Shown here: one piece after another, positions 29,611 to 40,643 of the stretch | Layout: each line of letters begins with the position of its first letter | Position numbering within the stretch: position 1 is the first letter of the stretch | Assembly: GCA_048213135.1 (NCBI GenBank) | Contig: PS015010.1 | Span: forward strand, 1,426,001-1,490,000 | Direction: 5' to 3' | Source: Reclinomonas americana ATCC 50394 | Lineage: Eukaryota | Length of the DNA stretch: 64,000 bases | The notes under the pieces: generated by a model | What the model saw: only the letters and a program-made list of their open reading frames with translations | Databases searched by the model: none | What the model was told of the DNA's origin: nothing | Position numbers and translations under genes: made by a program

Positions 29611-31164
29611 ATGAAACGATATATACTCCTTTCCGCGATCCTGATGAATGGCGCCGCGTTTGCGCAGGTGCCCGAAGACGCCATACGTTATTCTTTCTTC
29701 CCGCAAAACGGCACAGCCCGCAACCTCGCCATTGGTGGCGCTATGGGCTCGCTTGGCGGTGATGTGAATGCCACATTTGTAAACCCCGCCGGGCTTGGAT
29801 TTTACAAGACCAGCGAAGTGGTATTCACGCCGGGCATACTCATGCACAAACAGGAAGCCGGCTTCCGTGGCTCCAAAACCAGCGAGAAAAAGAATCATTT
29901 CAGTTTTGGTACTACTGGTTTTGTACTGGGCTTCAGTGACGGACCCAAAAGCAAAACCAGTAATGCACTGAGCTTCGCCGTTACCCAAACCGCCAGTTTC
30001 AATAATGTACTGCATTACAAAGGCCTCAATAATTACAGCTCTTTCAGTGAACAATTTGCCGAGGAGTTTGCCAAAAGCGGTTATACCATTGATGAAGCAC
30101 TCAGCTATAATACGCCTTTCCCCTACTCTTCCGCCCCGGCGCTGTATACTTACCTCATTGATACGGTAAGGGAAGGCGGCAACCTGGTGGTAAAAGGCGC
30201 CCCGGAATATATTCTTGATGCCGGGCAGGCCCTGTCGCAGGAAATGACCCGCATCACCAAAGGCGGCATCACCGAAGTAGCCATTGGTTTCGCCCACAAC
30301 AGCAACGACAAATGGTTCATTGGCGGCTCTGTTGGCATACCCATCATTTCTTACAAGAGCAATACCAGTTTCACGGAATCAGATACCTCTTCCAATACAT
30401 CGAATCATTTTAAATCATTCAGTTATACAGATGATTTCACCACCAAAGGTTATGGCATCAATTTTAAACTGGGCATTATTTACCGGCCGCAGGAGTATAT
30501 ACGGCTGGGGCTGGCCATACATACGCCCAGCTGGATGTCGCTGAAGGATACCCGTACCACTTATTTTGCCACGCAACTCGAAAATCCCATCGGCAATTTC
30601 GATATCAGTTCCCAAACCTTTACCGGTAACGAACCCGGCAGGAGCAGGTATGCGCAGAACTCGCCCTGGAAAGCCATCCTGAGTGCTTCCTATGTCTTCC
30701 GTGAAGTGGAGAATGTAAAACGCCAGAAAGGATTTATTACTGCCGATATTGAATATGTGAACCATCGGGGTACCCGTTTTAATGCGGATAAAGATGATGA
30801 AGGCGAGATCAGCGACGATGATAAAGCCTATTACAGGCAGCTGAACCAGGTAGTGAAGGCTCAGTACAAGGGTAACGTCAACTTCAGGGTAGGCGGCGAA
30901 CTTAAATTCAATGTGCTGATGGCGAGGCTGGGTTTTGCTTACTACAGCAACCCTTATAAAGACAGCGAATTAAAAGCCAGCCAGATGTTGCTCAGCGGCG
31001 GATTGGGGTATCGCAATAAAGGCATGTTTGTGGACCTTACTTATGTATACGGCATTACCAAAGACGTGAATTTCCCTTACCGTCTTGAAGACAGAGCCAA
31101 TACATTCGCCAGCACCAAAGACCAGAAAGGCAATATTGTGGCAACGGTAGGTTTTAAGTTTTAA
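29611..31164 (+). CDS. OmpP1/FadL family outer-membrane transporter
   Basis: Signal peptide, GTARNLAIGGAMGSLGGD...NPAGLG, C-terminal GFKF. Confidence 0.85.
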   Translation: MKRYILLSAILMNGAAFAQVPEDAIRYSFFPQNGTARNLAIGGAMGSLGGDVNATFVNPAGLGFYKTSEVVFTPGILMHKQEAGFRGSKTSEKKNHFSFGTTGFVLGFSDGPKSKTSNALSFAVTQTASFNNVLHYKGLNNYSSFSEQFAEEFAKSGYTIDEALSYNTPFPYSSAPALYTYLIDTVREGGNLVVKGAPEYILDAGQALSQEMTRITKGGITEVAIGFAHNSNDKWFIGGSVGIPIISYKSNTSFTESDTSSNTSNHFKSFSYTDDFTTKGYGINFKLGIIYRPQEYIRLGLAIHTPSWMSLKDTRTTYFATQLENPIGNFDISSQTFTGNEPGRSRYAQNSPWKAILSASYVFREVENVKRQKGFITADIEYVNHRGTRFNADKDDEGEISDDDKAYYRQLNQVVKAQYKGNVNFRVGGELKFNVLMARLGFAYYSNPYKDSELKASQMLLSGGLGYRNKGMFVDLTYVYGITKDVNFPYRLEDRANTFASTKDQKGNIVATVGFKF

Positions 31165-31180
31165 TGAAGGAAGAGGAAAT

Positions 31181-31302
31181 GGTAGTGCGCCAGTTTCATT
31201 TTGAGTCATTCCGACGAGAGGAGGAATCTCTTTTTTCTGGCGAAAGATACCTCGTTACCTCGGTATGACACAAAGGGATAAGGTTCAAATTGGTACACTA
31301 CC
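31181..31302. mobile_element. MITE-like element with imperfect TIRs and REP-like core, copy A
   Basis: Left end GGTAGTGCGCCAGTTTCA, right end TTCAAATTGGTACACTACC; core GTCATTCCGACGAGAGGAGGAATCT...AGATACCTCGTTACCTCGGTATGAC shared with 33298-33412. Confidence 0.75.
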
Positions 31303-31374
31303 GAAAAATGAGCGAGGCGTTCTTCATCGGAAAGAATTCGTAATTTGTAATTAATATTCAGTAACTATCTGCTC

Positions 31375-31779
31375 ATGAAAAAAACCTTATTCCTCTTTGC
31401 TTTTATTTTCGCTGCCGTGTTCACCATGCGTGCTCAGGATTCGTTACAGCAATATGTTGCCAAATACAAATTTCCCGATGGCAGCGTGGTAACGGAGATT
31501 GAAGTCGTTGTGGAAAACGGCACGCTCACCATCAATTCGGCGATGGGCAACAATGCCCTGGAAAAAACAAAGGCAGATGAGTTTTACCTGTCGGTGTACC
31601 AGGCAACGGTAACCTTTGTGCGCAATGAGGCTAAAAAGATCACCGGTATAAAGATTGAAACACCTAGCCTGTTACTGGAAGGCACCCGGCAGGAACCAGC
31701 CAGCGGACCGGCAGCCGATATGAACGACCTGGCTGAACCTATGCGATTCCCTTCCACACCAATTCCCAATCACTGGTAG
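31375..31779 (+). CDS. Hypothetical secreted protein (DUF3471-like)
   Basis: Signal peptide; LQQYVAKY...FVRNEAKKITGI; 3' end overlaps the miaA 3' end. Confidence 0.7.
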   Translation: MKKTLFLFAFIFAAVFTMRAQDSLQQYVAKYKFPDGSVVTEIEVVVENGTLTINSAMGNNALEKTKADEFYLSVYQATVTFVRNEAKKITGIKIETPSLLLEGTRQEPASGPAADMNDLAEPMRFPSTPIPNHW

Positions 31780-32632
31780 CGGATACCCATTTTACCCTTT
31801 CGTCTTTACGGAACCAGGTCATCTGCCGCTTGGCATACTGGCGTGTATTGATCTTGATGATTTCGACAGCGTCTTCCAGTTCCAGGTCGCCGCAAAGATG
31901 ACCGAACAGTTCGCGGTATCCCACTGTTTGCAGGGCATTCAGTTTTTGATAGGGCTCCAACCCTTTCACTTCCTTCAGCAAGCCTTCTTTCATCATCAGG
32001 TCAACACGGGTGTTTATGCGGCGGTGCAACTCTTCTTTTGGCAATTCAAGTCCGATAAGCACCAGCCGGAAAGGCCTTTCCTTATGCGGTTGTGTATGAT
32101 AATCGATGATGGATCTGCCGGTCGATAACTTCACTTCCAGTGCACGCATGAGCCGTTGCGGGTTTTTGACCTCGCCCTTTTCCCAGAATACAGGATCATG
32201 TTTTTTCACTTCATCCTGTAACCAGGCCAGCCCCTCCCATTCATAGGTTTCGGTGATCTGCCGGCGTATAGCGAGATCTACTTCAGGTACTTCATCAATA
32301 CCATTGCAAAAAGCTTTTACATAAAGACCGGTACCGCCAACTACTATCGCTACATCCTTCTTTTTAAAAATGGCATCCACCTTTTCTAAAGCATACTGTT
32401 CAAAAACGGCGGCATTCACTTCATCATGTATGGAGTGGGAACTGATAAAATGATGCGGCACCATGGCCAGTTCTTCGGGGGAAGGTTTGGCTACGCCGAT
32501 ATTCAGTTCTTTAAAACACTGCCTGCTGTCGGCAGAAATAATCTCAGTTTGAAAATACTGCGCTGCTGTAATGGCAAAGGCCGTTTTACCTACCGCGGTA
32601 GGTCCAACTATAACTATGCAGGTCTTTTGCAT
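31739..32632 (-). CDS. miaA: tRNA dimethylallyltransferase
   Basis: GPTAVGKT, SADSRQ, VGGTGLY, TRQYAKRQMTWF. Confidence 0.98.
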   Translation of the reverse strand: MQKTCIVIVGPTAVGKTAFAITAAQYFQTEIISADSRQCFKELNIGVAKPSPEELAMVPHHFISSHSIHDEVNAAVFEQYALEKVDAIFKKKDVAIVVGGTGLYVKAFCNGIDEVPEVDLAIRRQITETYEWEGLAWLQDEVKKHDPVFWEKGEVKNPQRLMRALEVKLSTGRSIIDYHTQPHKERPFRLVLIGLELPKEELHRRINTRVDLMMKEGLLKEVKGLEPYQKLNALQTVGYRELFGHLCGDLELEDAVEIIKINTRQYAKRQMTWFRKDERVKWVSATSDWELVWKGIA

Positions 32633-32675
32633 GTGGATCTAAATTCCCGGATGGTTTAAAAAAGTTTACCGCGGA

Positions 32676-33248
32676 TCAGTACCCGTCATTACCTTCCTCC
32701 GTACTGTTGTCCTCTTCCGTCTCCATGGATTCGCCGTCTTCATCTTTTTCCCCGAAACCATCTGTTAAGGCGTCGGGCTGCAGGTCATACTTCTCTTCCA
32801 TTTCGGCCAGGCGGCTGTCTACGAGTCCCTTGGTACCATATTGCGAAGGTGCTATTCCTTCCGTTCTGACACAGGTGGGATAAGTGAGTTTTTTATTCTC
32901 TTCCTTGTCGATCTGTATCAGTTCGACCATGAAGTGCCAGTTCTTATTGAAGTCGTATTCGTAAATGAATTTCTGGTTGGGATTGCTGATCTCTGAGCCG
33001 ATAGTGGTTTCCGCCATGATCAGCGGATCGGCCTTATAAGCTTTATCATATTTTTCCAGCGATATTTCCCGCCCGCGCAACCAGTTATCGTTGCTGCGGT
33101 AAAAAGTCGCTTTATGCTTGGAGTCAAATTCAAAAGATTTCAAAATGGCAGTATGCAGGTCAAAAAAGTGCTGCGTATGGCGTATGGCCACATCCCTGTA
33201 TATGCTGTCGTCGTCTTCCCAATATATCCTGAATCGTAAAATTGCCAT
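32676..33248 (-). CDS. pRiA4b ORF-3 / IS1096-passenger TnpR-like conserved protein
   Basis: LHTAIL, FIYEYDFNKNWHFMVEL, acidic tail. Confidence 0.75.
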   Translation of the reverse strand: MAILRFRIYWEDDDSIYRDVAIRHTQHFFDLHTAILKSFEFDSKHKATFYRSNDNWLRGREISLEKYDKAYKADPLIMAETTIGSEISNPNQKFIYEYDFNKNWHFMVELIQIDKEENKKLTYPTCVRTEGIAPSQYGTKGLVDSRLAEMEEKYDLQPDALTDGFGEKDEDGESMETEEDNSTEEGNDGY

Positions 33249-33297
33249 AGCGTAAAATTACGGATTAATTTAATTACTAATTACGAATTACCAATTA

Positions 33298-33412
33298 GGT
33301 ACTGCTATAGTCTCATTATGGGGCATTCCGACGAAAGGAGGAATCTCTTTCCTCCCACGCACGAGAGATACCTCGTTACCTCGGTATGACAGATTCAAAC
33401 TGGCGCACTACC
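33298..33412. mobile_element. MITE-like element, copy B
   Basis: Core CATTCCGACGAAAGGAGGAATCT...AGATACCTCGTTACCTCGGTATGAC; right end AAACTGGCGCACTACC is the exact reverse complement of the first 16 bp of copy A. Confidence 0.75.
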
Positions 33413-33443
33413 ATTAATTATGAATGTTTTCAGATTAAAGCAG

Positions 33444-34859
33444 TTAGTCTTTTGTAATCCCCATTTCTTTTGCTTTACGCAACATAAATTGATACGCGGC
33501 ATCGTAGTCATTGGGAATGTCACCGTCAAGTATGGCTTCACGGATGGCGTTCTTGATATCGCCTACCTGGCGTCCGGGCTGAAGGCCAAAGGTTTCCATA
33601 ATAAGTTCGCCACTGATGGGCGGTTGCCAGTTGCGCAGGTGATCTTTAGCTTCCACTTCAGCACAACGCTGGCGCACCAGTTCAAAATTATCGAGAAAGC
33701 GTTTTACCTTTTGTTTGTTCCTGGAAGTAATGTCCGCCTCGCAGAGCGTCATCAGCGCATCAAAGTCCTCCCCGGCATCAAACAGCAAACGGCGTATAGC
33801 GCTGTCCGTTATGTTCTCTTTCGTGAGCGATATCGGCCGCAGGTGAAGTTCCACCAGCTTGCGTACGAAACGCATGGCTTCGTGCTGCGGCAGTTTCAGC
33901 CTGGCAAATATTTTCGGCACCATACGTCCGCCAATCACTTCATGCCCGTGAAAAGTGAACCCGTGTCCTTCTTCAAATTTTTTTGTCGCGGGTTTACCTA
34001 TGTCATGCAAAACTGCCGCCCAGCGTAACCAGAGGTCACTTGTTTTTTGAGCAATGTTATCCACAACCTGCAGGGTATGATAAAAATTATCCTTATGCCC
34101 CATACCGTCGATATTTTCAGCACCGGCGAGATCGGTCATTTGCGGGAAGATGATGGACATCAAACCTGTCTTGTATAAAAGATCAAAACCAACCGAAGGT
34201 TTTTTACTGAGCAGTATTTTATTGAACTCATCGGTGATCCTTTCCGTACTGATGATCTTTATACGGCCGGCATTGGCGCTGATGGCGGCAAGCGTTGGCG
34301 GAGCAATGGTAAAACCGAGTTGTGATGCAAAACGGATAGCCCTCATCATGCGCAGCGGGTCATCGCTGAATGTGCGGGAAGGTTCGAGCGGTGTCTGAAT
34401 GATGCCTGCAGACAGATCTTTCAGTCCTTCGAAAGGATCCACCAAACCGCCGTAATCATTTTTATTCAGGCTGATGGCCATGGCATTGATCGTGAAATCT
34501 CGGCGGTCCTGGTCATCTTCCAGTGTACCGTTCTCCACTACCGGGTTACGGCTGTCGCGGGAATAACTCTCCTTCCTGGCGCCAACGAATTCTATTTCCA
34601 TGTCGGCCACTTTGATCTGCGCCGTACCGAAATTCTTAAAGAAATGTACTTCGGGTACGGGGTTGAACTGCTGCGCTACCTGGTGTGCCAGGGCAATACC
34701 GTCACCCACACATACTATGTCCATATCCTTAGTGGGGCGGTCCAGTATTTTATCCCGCACAAACCCGCCGATAGCATAGGCCGGAACACCCAGTTCTTCC
34801 GCGGCATGGGCGATCTTTTTAAAAATAAACAGTTCTTTATCGGTGCAGGTGATGTACAT
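33444..34859 (-). CDS. CCA tRNA nucleotidyltransferase (HD domain)
   Basis: [38 protein letters not shown]; start MYITC. Confidence 0.94.
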   Translation of the reverse strand: MYITCTDKELFIFKKIAHAAEELGVPAYAIGGFVRDKILDRPTKDMDIVCVGDGIALAHQVAQQFNPVPEVHFFKNFGTAQIKVADMEIEFVGARKESYSRDSRNPVVENGTLEDDQDRRDFTINAMAISLNKNDYGGLVDPFEGLKDLSAGIIQTPLEPSRTFSDDPLRMMRAIRFASQLGFTIAPPTLAAISANAGRIKIISTERITDEFNKILLSKKPSVGFDLLYKTGLMSIIFPQMTDLAGAENIDGMGHKDNFYHTLQVVDNIAQKTSDLWLRWAAVLHDIGKPATKKFEEGHGFTFHGHEVIGGRMVPKIFARLKLPQHEAMRFVRKLVELHLRPISLTKENITDSAIRRLLFDAGEDFDALMTLCEADITSRNKQKVKRFLDNFELVRQRCAEVEAKDHLRNWQPPISGELIMETFGLQPGRQVGDIKNAIREAILDGDIPNDYDAAYQFMLRKAKEMGITKD

Positions 34860-35047
34860 GGCGCAAAAGTAATTACGAATTGGCAATTACAAATTACCAA
34901 GCAGGTGATAAGTTAGAGCAGATTCATCGTAATTCATAATTCGTAATTAACCAAAAGGTGGCACCAATATTGACCATATAACCGTCCACACAAAAAACCG
35001 GCATTTGGCTGCGGCGTTTGCCATTTTGGCTTTATATTTAAAAAACT

Positions 35048-37447
35048 ATGGATACAAACTATTTTTTCCAGGGCTCTGAAGATGAAATGGAGTTCATGCC
35101 CATTATCCCTTTGAACGAAGATGAGGACGGAAGTGCTGATGAACAGCCCATTCCAGACGAATTACCCATACTCCCCCTGCGTAATACGGTACTCTTTCCC
35201 GGCGTGGTGATCCCCATCACCGTAGGCAGGGACAAAAGCATAAAAGCTGTAAATGACGCTTACAAGGCTGACAAATTGATAGGCGTGGTGGCGCAAAAAG
35301 ACAGTAATGTAGAAGAACCTACTATCAGCGATCTCGAAGACATTGGCACCGTGGCCAAGATCGTGAAAATGATCAAAATGCCCGACGGCGGTACCACCAT
35401 CATCATCCAGGGACGCAAACGCTGCAAGATCGATGAGATCATCACCGATGATCCTTATTTTAAAGCCCGCATCAGCGTACTCACCGATAAAGTACTGAAA
35501 GACGACAAGGACTTTGACGCCATGGTAAGCAGCATCAAGGACCTCGCCGGGCAAATCATGAGCCTGTCGCCCAACCTGCCCAGTGAAGCGGCCATCATCC
35601 TGAAAAATATCGAGAACCCGTCGTTCCTGATTCACTTCGTGAGCAGCAACCTCAACAGCGATATCAAGGAAAAACAACGCCTGCTCGAGATCAGCGACAT
35701 CAAAGCACGTACGGAACTGCTCATGAACCTGATGCAGACCGAACTGCAGTACGCCGAGCTGAAGAATAAAGTGACCAATAAGACCCGTGCGGAACTTGAT
35801 AAACAACAACGGGAATATTTCCTGCAGCAGCAGATGAAAGCTATCAAGGAAGAACTGGGTGGCGACAATGTAGCGGAGGTGAAGGAAATGCAGAAAAAGG
35901 CTGAAACCAAAAAATGGCCGGCTGCCGCTAAAGAAATGTTCAACAAAGGCGCAGAGAAACTGGAAAGGATGCATCCTTCCACACCTGATTATTCCGTGGT
36001 GTACAACCACCTCGACCTGATGCTGGACCTGCCCTGGGAAGATTATACCGAAGATCATTACGACCTGAAAAAGGCGAAAAAAGTGCTGGACCATGATCAT
36101 TATGGTATGGAAAAGATCAAGGACAGGATACTGGAATACCTGGCCGTACTGAAGCTGAAAGGCGACATGAAATCACCGATCCTGTGTTTCCTCGGTCCTC
36201 CCGGCATTGGCAAGACCAGCCTGGGCAAAAGCATCGCGTCGGCGATCAACCGCAAATACGTACGGGTGAGCCTGGGCGGACTGCACGACGAAAGTGAGAT
36301 CAGGGGACACCGCAAAACCTACATTGGCGCTATGCCCGGCAGGATACTGCAATCCATCAGGAAAGTAAAATCGGGCAACCCGGTGATGATACTCGACGAA
36401 ATCGATAAAGTAGGCAATGACCAGCGTGGCGACCCTTCCTCTGCCCTGCTGGAAGTACTGGACCCGGAGCAGAACAATACCTTTTACGACAACTACCTCG
36501 AACTGGAATATGACCTGAGCAAAGTGTTGTTCATTGCCACGGCCAATAACATCAACAGCATACAGCCCGCGCTGCGTGACAGGCTGGAGATCATCGACCT
36601 GAGCGGTTATGCCGTGGAAGAAAAGATAGAGATCGCCCGCCGCCACCTGGTACCCAAACAAATGGAAATGCACGGCCTGAAAAAAAGCAGTTTTAAGATC
36701 AGTGATTCCGTACTCGAAAAGATCATACAGGATTATACACGTGAAAGCGGTGTAAGGGAACTCGACCGGCAACTGGCCAGCGTTATGCGCTACCAGGCCA
36801 GGGAACTGGTAATGAAAGACAAGGTAAAAGCAACCATCACCGGCAACGACATTGAAAAGATACTCGGCAAACCCCGCTACACCAATGACCTCTATAAAAC
36901 GGCCAATATGCCCGGCGTAGCCGTTGGACTGGCCTGGACCTATGTAGGCGGTGATATTCTTTTTATAGAAACACAACTGAGCGACGGGAAGGGAGAACTG
37001 AAACTGACCGGTAACCTGGGTAATGTAATGAAGGAAAGCGCCTCCACAGCCCTCACGTACCTGCAGGCCAATGCCCGTAAAATGGGCATCGATCCCGAAC
37101 AATTCGCAAAAAAAAGCATACACATACACGTACCCGAAGGGGCAGTACCCAAAGACGGGCCCAGCGCTGGCATCACCATGCTGACCGCCCTGGCGAGTGC
37201 CTTCACCGGCAGAAAAGTGAAGCCCTACCTGGCTATGACGGGAGAAATTACCCTCCGCGGACAGGTATTACCGGTAGGCGGCATCAAGGAAAAAGTGCTC
37301 GCCGCGAGGCGTGCCGGGCTCAAGGAGATCATCATGTGCTGGCAAAATGAAAAAGACGTACAGGAGATCAACCAGCAATTCATCAAAGGCATCAAATTTC
37401 ATTATGCGAAGACCATGCAACAGGTGCTAGATATTGCTTTAACATAA
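35048..37447 (+). CDS. lon: ATP-dependent protease La
   Basis: [26 protein letters not shown] (Ser), GGIKEK (Lys). Confidence 0.99.
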   Translation: MDTNYFFQGSEDEMEFMPIIPLNEDEDGSADEQPIPDELPILPLRNTVLFPGVVIPITVGRDKSIKAVNDAYKADKLIGVVAQKDSNVEEPTISDLEDIGTVAKIVKMIKMPDGGTTIIIQGRKRCKIDEIITDDPYFKARISVLTDKVLKDDKDFDAMVSSIKDLAGQIMSLSPNLPSEAAIILKNIENPSFLIHFVSSNLNSDIKEKQRLLEISDIKARTELLMNLMQTELQYAELKNKVTNKTRAELDKQQREYFLQQQMKAIKEELGGDNVAEVKEMQKKAETKKWPAAAKEMFNKGAEKLERMHPSTPDYSVVYNHLDLMLDLPWEDYTEDHYDLKKAKKVLDHDHYGMEKIKDRILEYLAVLKLKGDMKSPILCFLGPPGIGKTSLGKSIASAINRKYVRVSLGGLHDESEIRGHRKTYIGAMPGRILQSIRKVKSGNPVMILDEIDKVGNDQRGDPSSALLEVLDPEQNNTFYDNYLELEYDLSKVLFIATANNINSIQPALRDRLEIIDLSGYAVEEKIEIARRHLVPKQMEMHGLKKSSFKISDSVLEKIIQDYTRESGVRELDRQLASVMRYQARELVMKDKVKATITGNDIEKILGKPRYTNDLYKTANMPGVAVGLAWTYVGGDILFIETQLSDGKGELKLTGNLGNVMKESASTALTYLQANARKMGIDPEQFAKKSIHIHVPEGAVPKDGPSAGITMLTALASAFTGRKVKPYLAMTGEITLRGQVLPVGGIKEKVLAARRAGLKEIIMCWQNEKDVQEINQQFIKGIKFHYAKTMQQVLDIALT

Positions 37448-37543
37448 CATTTACGCAACCCAACACAACCCCGGCTACCCTTTTTACGTATATATAGGTA
37501 GTTAAGTTAATCAACAGATTCATGTTGGTTGTTTTAAGGGTTA

Positions 37544-37577
37544 AAAAATTCCCCCTGATTCTTCAGGGGGAATTTTT
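37544..37577. terminator. Bidirectional intrinsic terminator
   Basis: AAAAATTCCCCCTGA-TTCT-TCAGGGGGAATTTTT. Confidence 0.88.
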
Positions 37578-37603
37578 ATATAGTAAAGATCTGTCAACCG
37601 TGT

Positions 37604-38077
37604 TCAGGATATATTTCCCCGCTCCATCCAGTCCTTTTCCTTTTCGGTAGTGAACGCCTGCAGCAGGGCCACCAGGAACAAGAGTGCGATATTACCCGCC
37701 AGGAACAGCAGGCTGAAGCTGAAATAATCGGTGATATTATAACCTCCCCCCCTTTCAAAGAAATCAATAAAACCCTTTACAAGCGTATAACCGCACCCCA
37801 GCAGGGCGAGAACGAACAATACATAGGATATGCCCCTTACTATAGTGGAAGGGTGTTTTTTGGTACGCCGGAAAAAGATCACGTAAGCGGTAGAAAATAT
37901 AGCCACCGGCATGGTGATCACCCCCAGGGCAAAGATCATATCCACCGGCCGGGAAGACACCAGTTTGGAAAACCCGTACAAAGCGCCGAACACAATGCCA
38001 AATGCCACGGGAATGGCGAGAAAAGCGAAAAAAATGAGGATGTATAGTTTGGTATACTTGATGAACCTGTCTTCCAT
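37604..38077 (-). CDS. Hypothetical 4-TM membrane protein
   Basis: Start MEDRF, 4 nt downstream of TATCTTTG; four hydrophobic helices; EKEKDWME tail. Confidence 0.8.
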   Translation of the reverse strand: MEDRFIKYTKLYILIFFAFLAIPVAFGIVFGALYGFSKLVSSRPVDMIFALGVITMPVAIFSTAYVIFFRRTKKHPSTIVRGISYVLFVLALLGCGYTLVKGFIDFFERGGGYNITDYFSFSLLFLAGNIALLFLVALLQAFTTEKEKDWMERGNIS

Positions 38078-38188
38078 TCGGCAAAGATATGAGAGATGCG
38101 GGAGATGGTGGGTATGAGATATAAGATGCGGATATGGAATAATATGATCTTGCACTCTGTATCCCTTATCCTGTATTGTATCCCGCTT

Positions 38189-39307
38189 CTAATCCTTCGT
38201 CCTCACATCCTTCCGCCATACTTCTTTACCACTGTCGGCCTGCAGCGCCATCACAAGATTTTCAAATACCAGCAACAGTTTGCCGGAGTTCACATAAGCG
38301 AACAGCAGTTCCTTATCGTTGGAAGATAACTTTTCCGTGCCTTTGATCTCGGTTTGCCATACCGGCTGTACGTCTCCCCCGTATTCTATTTTAATGGCGG
38401 CCAGTATCCAGTTGAAATCATTACCCATCATAGATTTGGAGATCACATAAATGATATCGCCCTGTTTAAGGAGCGGATCACGCTCCCCATCGCCGGTTGG
38501 GGCCTGCCTGTTCACCAGCGCATGGGGATCTATGAAACTGATAGCAGATATCATTTTCTCCGGTTTGCTCTTATAATACAGGCTTTTGCCGGGTTCGTGG
38601 GTGCCGCCACGGCTGAAGAAGGCATAGCTTGACGCATCAAAAGTTTTCTCATCCACACGCAGTGTACTGCGGGGATTACCAGTGAAAGAAATATAAAGGC
38701 TGTCGTTCAATCGGAGGTTGGAAACATTCGTAGTGGCATCGGAAGAAAGATAATACCGCCGGCTGCTCCTGTCGCCTGTTTTGGTGGCGGCATAGGTTTT
38801 CGGATCAACCAGGTAATTGTAACCGTCTTTGGTGGTGATGAAAATATATTTGCCGCTGGTGTCCATCTGCGTCTGGTAACCTTCTTCGGTCAGACCTGCG
38901 GAAAGCTGCGGATTTTTGGACAGTATATCTTTCGCGGTTACGGTGATCTCCAGGGTGCGGGGATCACGGGCATGGAGGCTCACATCCGGGTCGTGACTGA
39001 AGAACCACGCTTTGCCACCGGCATCGCCCAGGTATTCCACCCGTTCTTTAAAGTCGCCGATCTTTTTATGCTTGATCGTTTCGCCGGTGTTGATGTCAAT
39101 GGCATTAAGATAACTGGTGGTATACCCGCTGCGGGTATTGATGCCACCGCCGGTCTTTTTGGAAGTTACCGTAAACACCGATTCGTTGGTGAACAATACC
39201 GCCGACTGCCCGTCGCTGTATATCCCTCCCCCGCTGAGTACGGGTTCGTCTTTACAGGATGACAGTAATGCGATCACAGTCACCAGTGCGAGGTACCTGG
39301 TATACAT
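38189..39307 (-). CDS. Hypothetical lipoprotein (PA2928-like / beta-propeller-like)
   Basis: Lipobox LSSC; repeats of the type AIDINTGE, ARDPRTLE, ALQADSGKEVW. Confidence 0.65.
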   Translation of the reverse strand: MYTRYLALVTVIALLSSCKDEPVLSGGGIYSDGQSAVLFTNESVFTVTSKKTGGGINTRSGYTTSYLNAIDINTGETIKHKKIGDFKERVEYLGDAGGKAWFFSHDPDVSLHARDPRTLEITVTAKDILSKNPQLSAGLTEEGYQTQMDTSGKYIFITTKDGYNYLVDPKTYAATKTGDRSSRRYYLSSDATTNVSNLRLNDSLYISFTGNPRSTLRVDEKTFDASSYAFFSRGGTHEPGKSLYYKSKPEKMISAISFIDPHALVNRQAPTGDGERDPLLKQGDIIYVISKSMMGNDFNWILAAIKIEYGGDVQPVWQTEIKGTEKLSSNDKELLFAYVNSGKLLLVFENLVMALQADSGKEVWRKDVRTKD

Positions 39308-39324
39308 ACCCTATGATTTTATTT

Positions 39325-40431
39325 TTAGAAATAACTGAGATTCGTCTTCGGTGTCAGCGTCAGCAAGGTCTCGTACATCAGTTGAATCGTGTTCTCCACA
39401 TCAGCCTTGTGCAGCATTTCCACTGTAGTATGCATATACCGCAGCGGTATGGAAATGAGTACCGACGGGCAACCATCATTGGCATAGGCAAAGGAATCGG
39501 TGTCGGTGCCTGTACTCCTGCTCACCGTGCGCAGCTGTACGGGTATTTTATTTTTCTCCGCCGTTTTCTGTACAATGTCCAACAGTTTGTTGTGCACCGC
39601 CGGGCCATAAGCCAGCGACGGACCTTTACCGCAGGCGCACTCCCCTTCAATTATTTTGTTGATCATGGGTGTGGTGGTATCATGCGTTACATCGGTAATG
39701 ATGGCCACATTGGGTTTGATGCGGCGGGCGATCATTTCGGCACCACGCAACCCTATCTCTTCCTGTACGGCATTGACAATGTACAAAGCGTAAGGCAGCT
39801 TTTTCCGGTTTTGTTTCAGCAGCCTCGCCACTTCGGCGATCATAAAGCCACCGATGCGGTTATCAAAGGCACGGCCAATGAGGTAATCGTAAGCCAGTTC
39901 TTCATATCCTTCTTCATAAGTGGCTACCGCCCCTATATGTATGCCCAGCGCCTCCACTTCCGCTTTGGAGCGGGCGCCGCAGTCAAGAAACAGGTTATCA
40001 ACTTTGGGTTGTGTTTCTTTATTATCAGGATTGCCCAGGCGGGTATGAATGGCCGGCCAGCCAAATACAGCTTTTACTGGCCCTTTTTTGCCATGAATGA
40101 ATACCCTTTTGGCCGGGGCAATCTGGTGATCCACACCGCCATTGCGTTTCAGGTAAATAAGCCCTTCATTGGAAATATAATTCACAAACCAGCTGATCTC
40201 ATCGGCATGCGCCTCAATCACTACTTTGAATGTGGCTGACGGATTGATGACACCAACAGCGGTACCATAAGGATCGGTAAAATGACTGTCGATATACGGC
40301 TTCAGGTAATCGAGCCATAATTGCTGACCACTGCTTTCAAAGCCCGTAGGTGAAGGGTTGTTGATATAGTTCTGTAAAAAATCGTAGGATTGTCCGGTAA
40401 GAATGCTTTTGGTCTTCTTCGCTTTAGCCAT
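39325..40431 (-). CDS. M42 family metallopeptidase
   Basis: EAHADEI, AFDNRIG, VQEEIGLRGA, TDVTH, TGTDTD, LRYMHT. Confidence 0.95.
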   Translation of the reverse strand: MAKAKKTKSILTGQSYDFLQNYINNPSPTGFESSGQQLWLDYLKPYIDSHFTDPYGTAVGVINPSATFKVVIEAHADEISWFVNYISNEGLIYLKRNGGVDHQIAPAKRVFIHGKKGPVKAVFGWPAIHTRLGNPDNKETQPKVDNLFLDCGARSKAEVEALGIHIGAVATYEEGYEELAYDYLIGRAFDNRIGGFMIAEVARLLKQNRKKLPYALYIVNAVQEEIGLRGAEMIARRIKPNVAIITDVTHDTTTPMINKIIEGECACGKGPSLAYGPAVHNKLLDIVQKTAEKNKIPVQLRTVSRSTGTDTDSFAYANDGCPSVLISIPLRYMHTTVEMLHKADVENTIQLMYETLLTLTPKTNLSYF

Positions 40432-40503
40432 GGTATATAATATTAACAGGTTGAGTGACAAATGTACTCAATACCGGTTATATATGTTACGGAGCGAAAA
40501 AGT

Positions 40504-40633
40504 GGCAGTGTCCAACCTGGAAACAGGTAAGACCTCCCGCCAAGCCGCTAAGGCCACAAATGGTTAACAGGTAGAATATATACTTAGTGTTCTTCGTGTT
40601 TTGCGGGAAATATATTCAAATTGAGACACTATC
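40504..40633. mobile_element. MITE-like element, copy C (same TIR family, different core)
   Basis: Ends GGCAGTGTCCAACCTGGAA and TTCAAATTGAGACACTATC; followed by GAAAAA as in copy A; internal imperfect inverted repeat TCCCGCCAAG...TTTTGCGGGA. Confidence 0.55.
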
Positions 40634-40643
40634 GAAAAAGTGA

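Noticed and set aside
32676-33248. IS element suggested by the 'IS1096 passenger' family name
   Set aside because: No transposase or IS ends; the gene sits in a core context next to miaA
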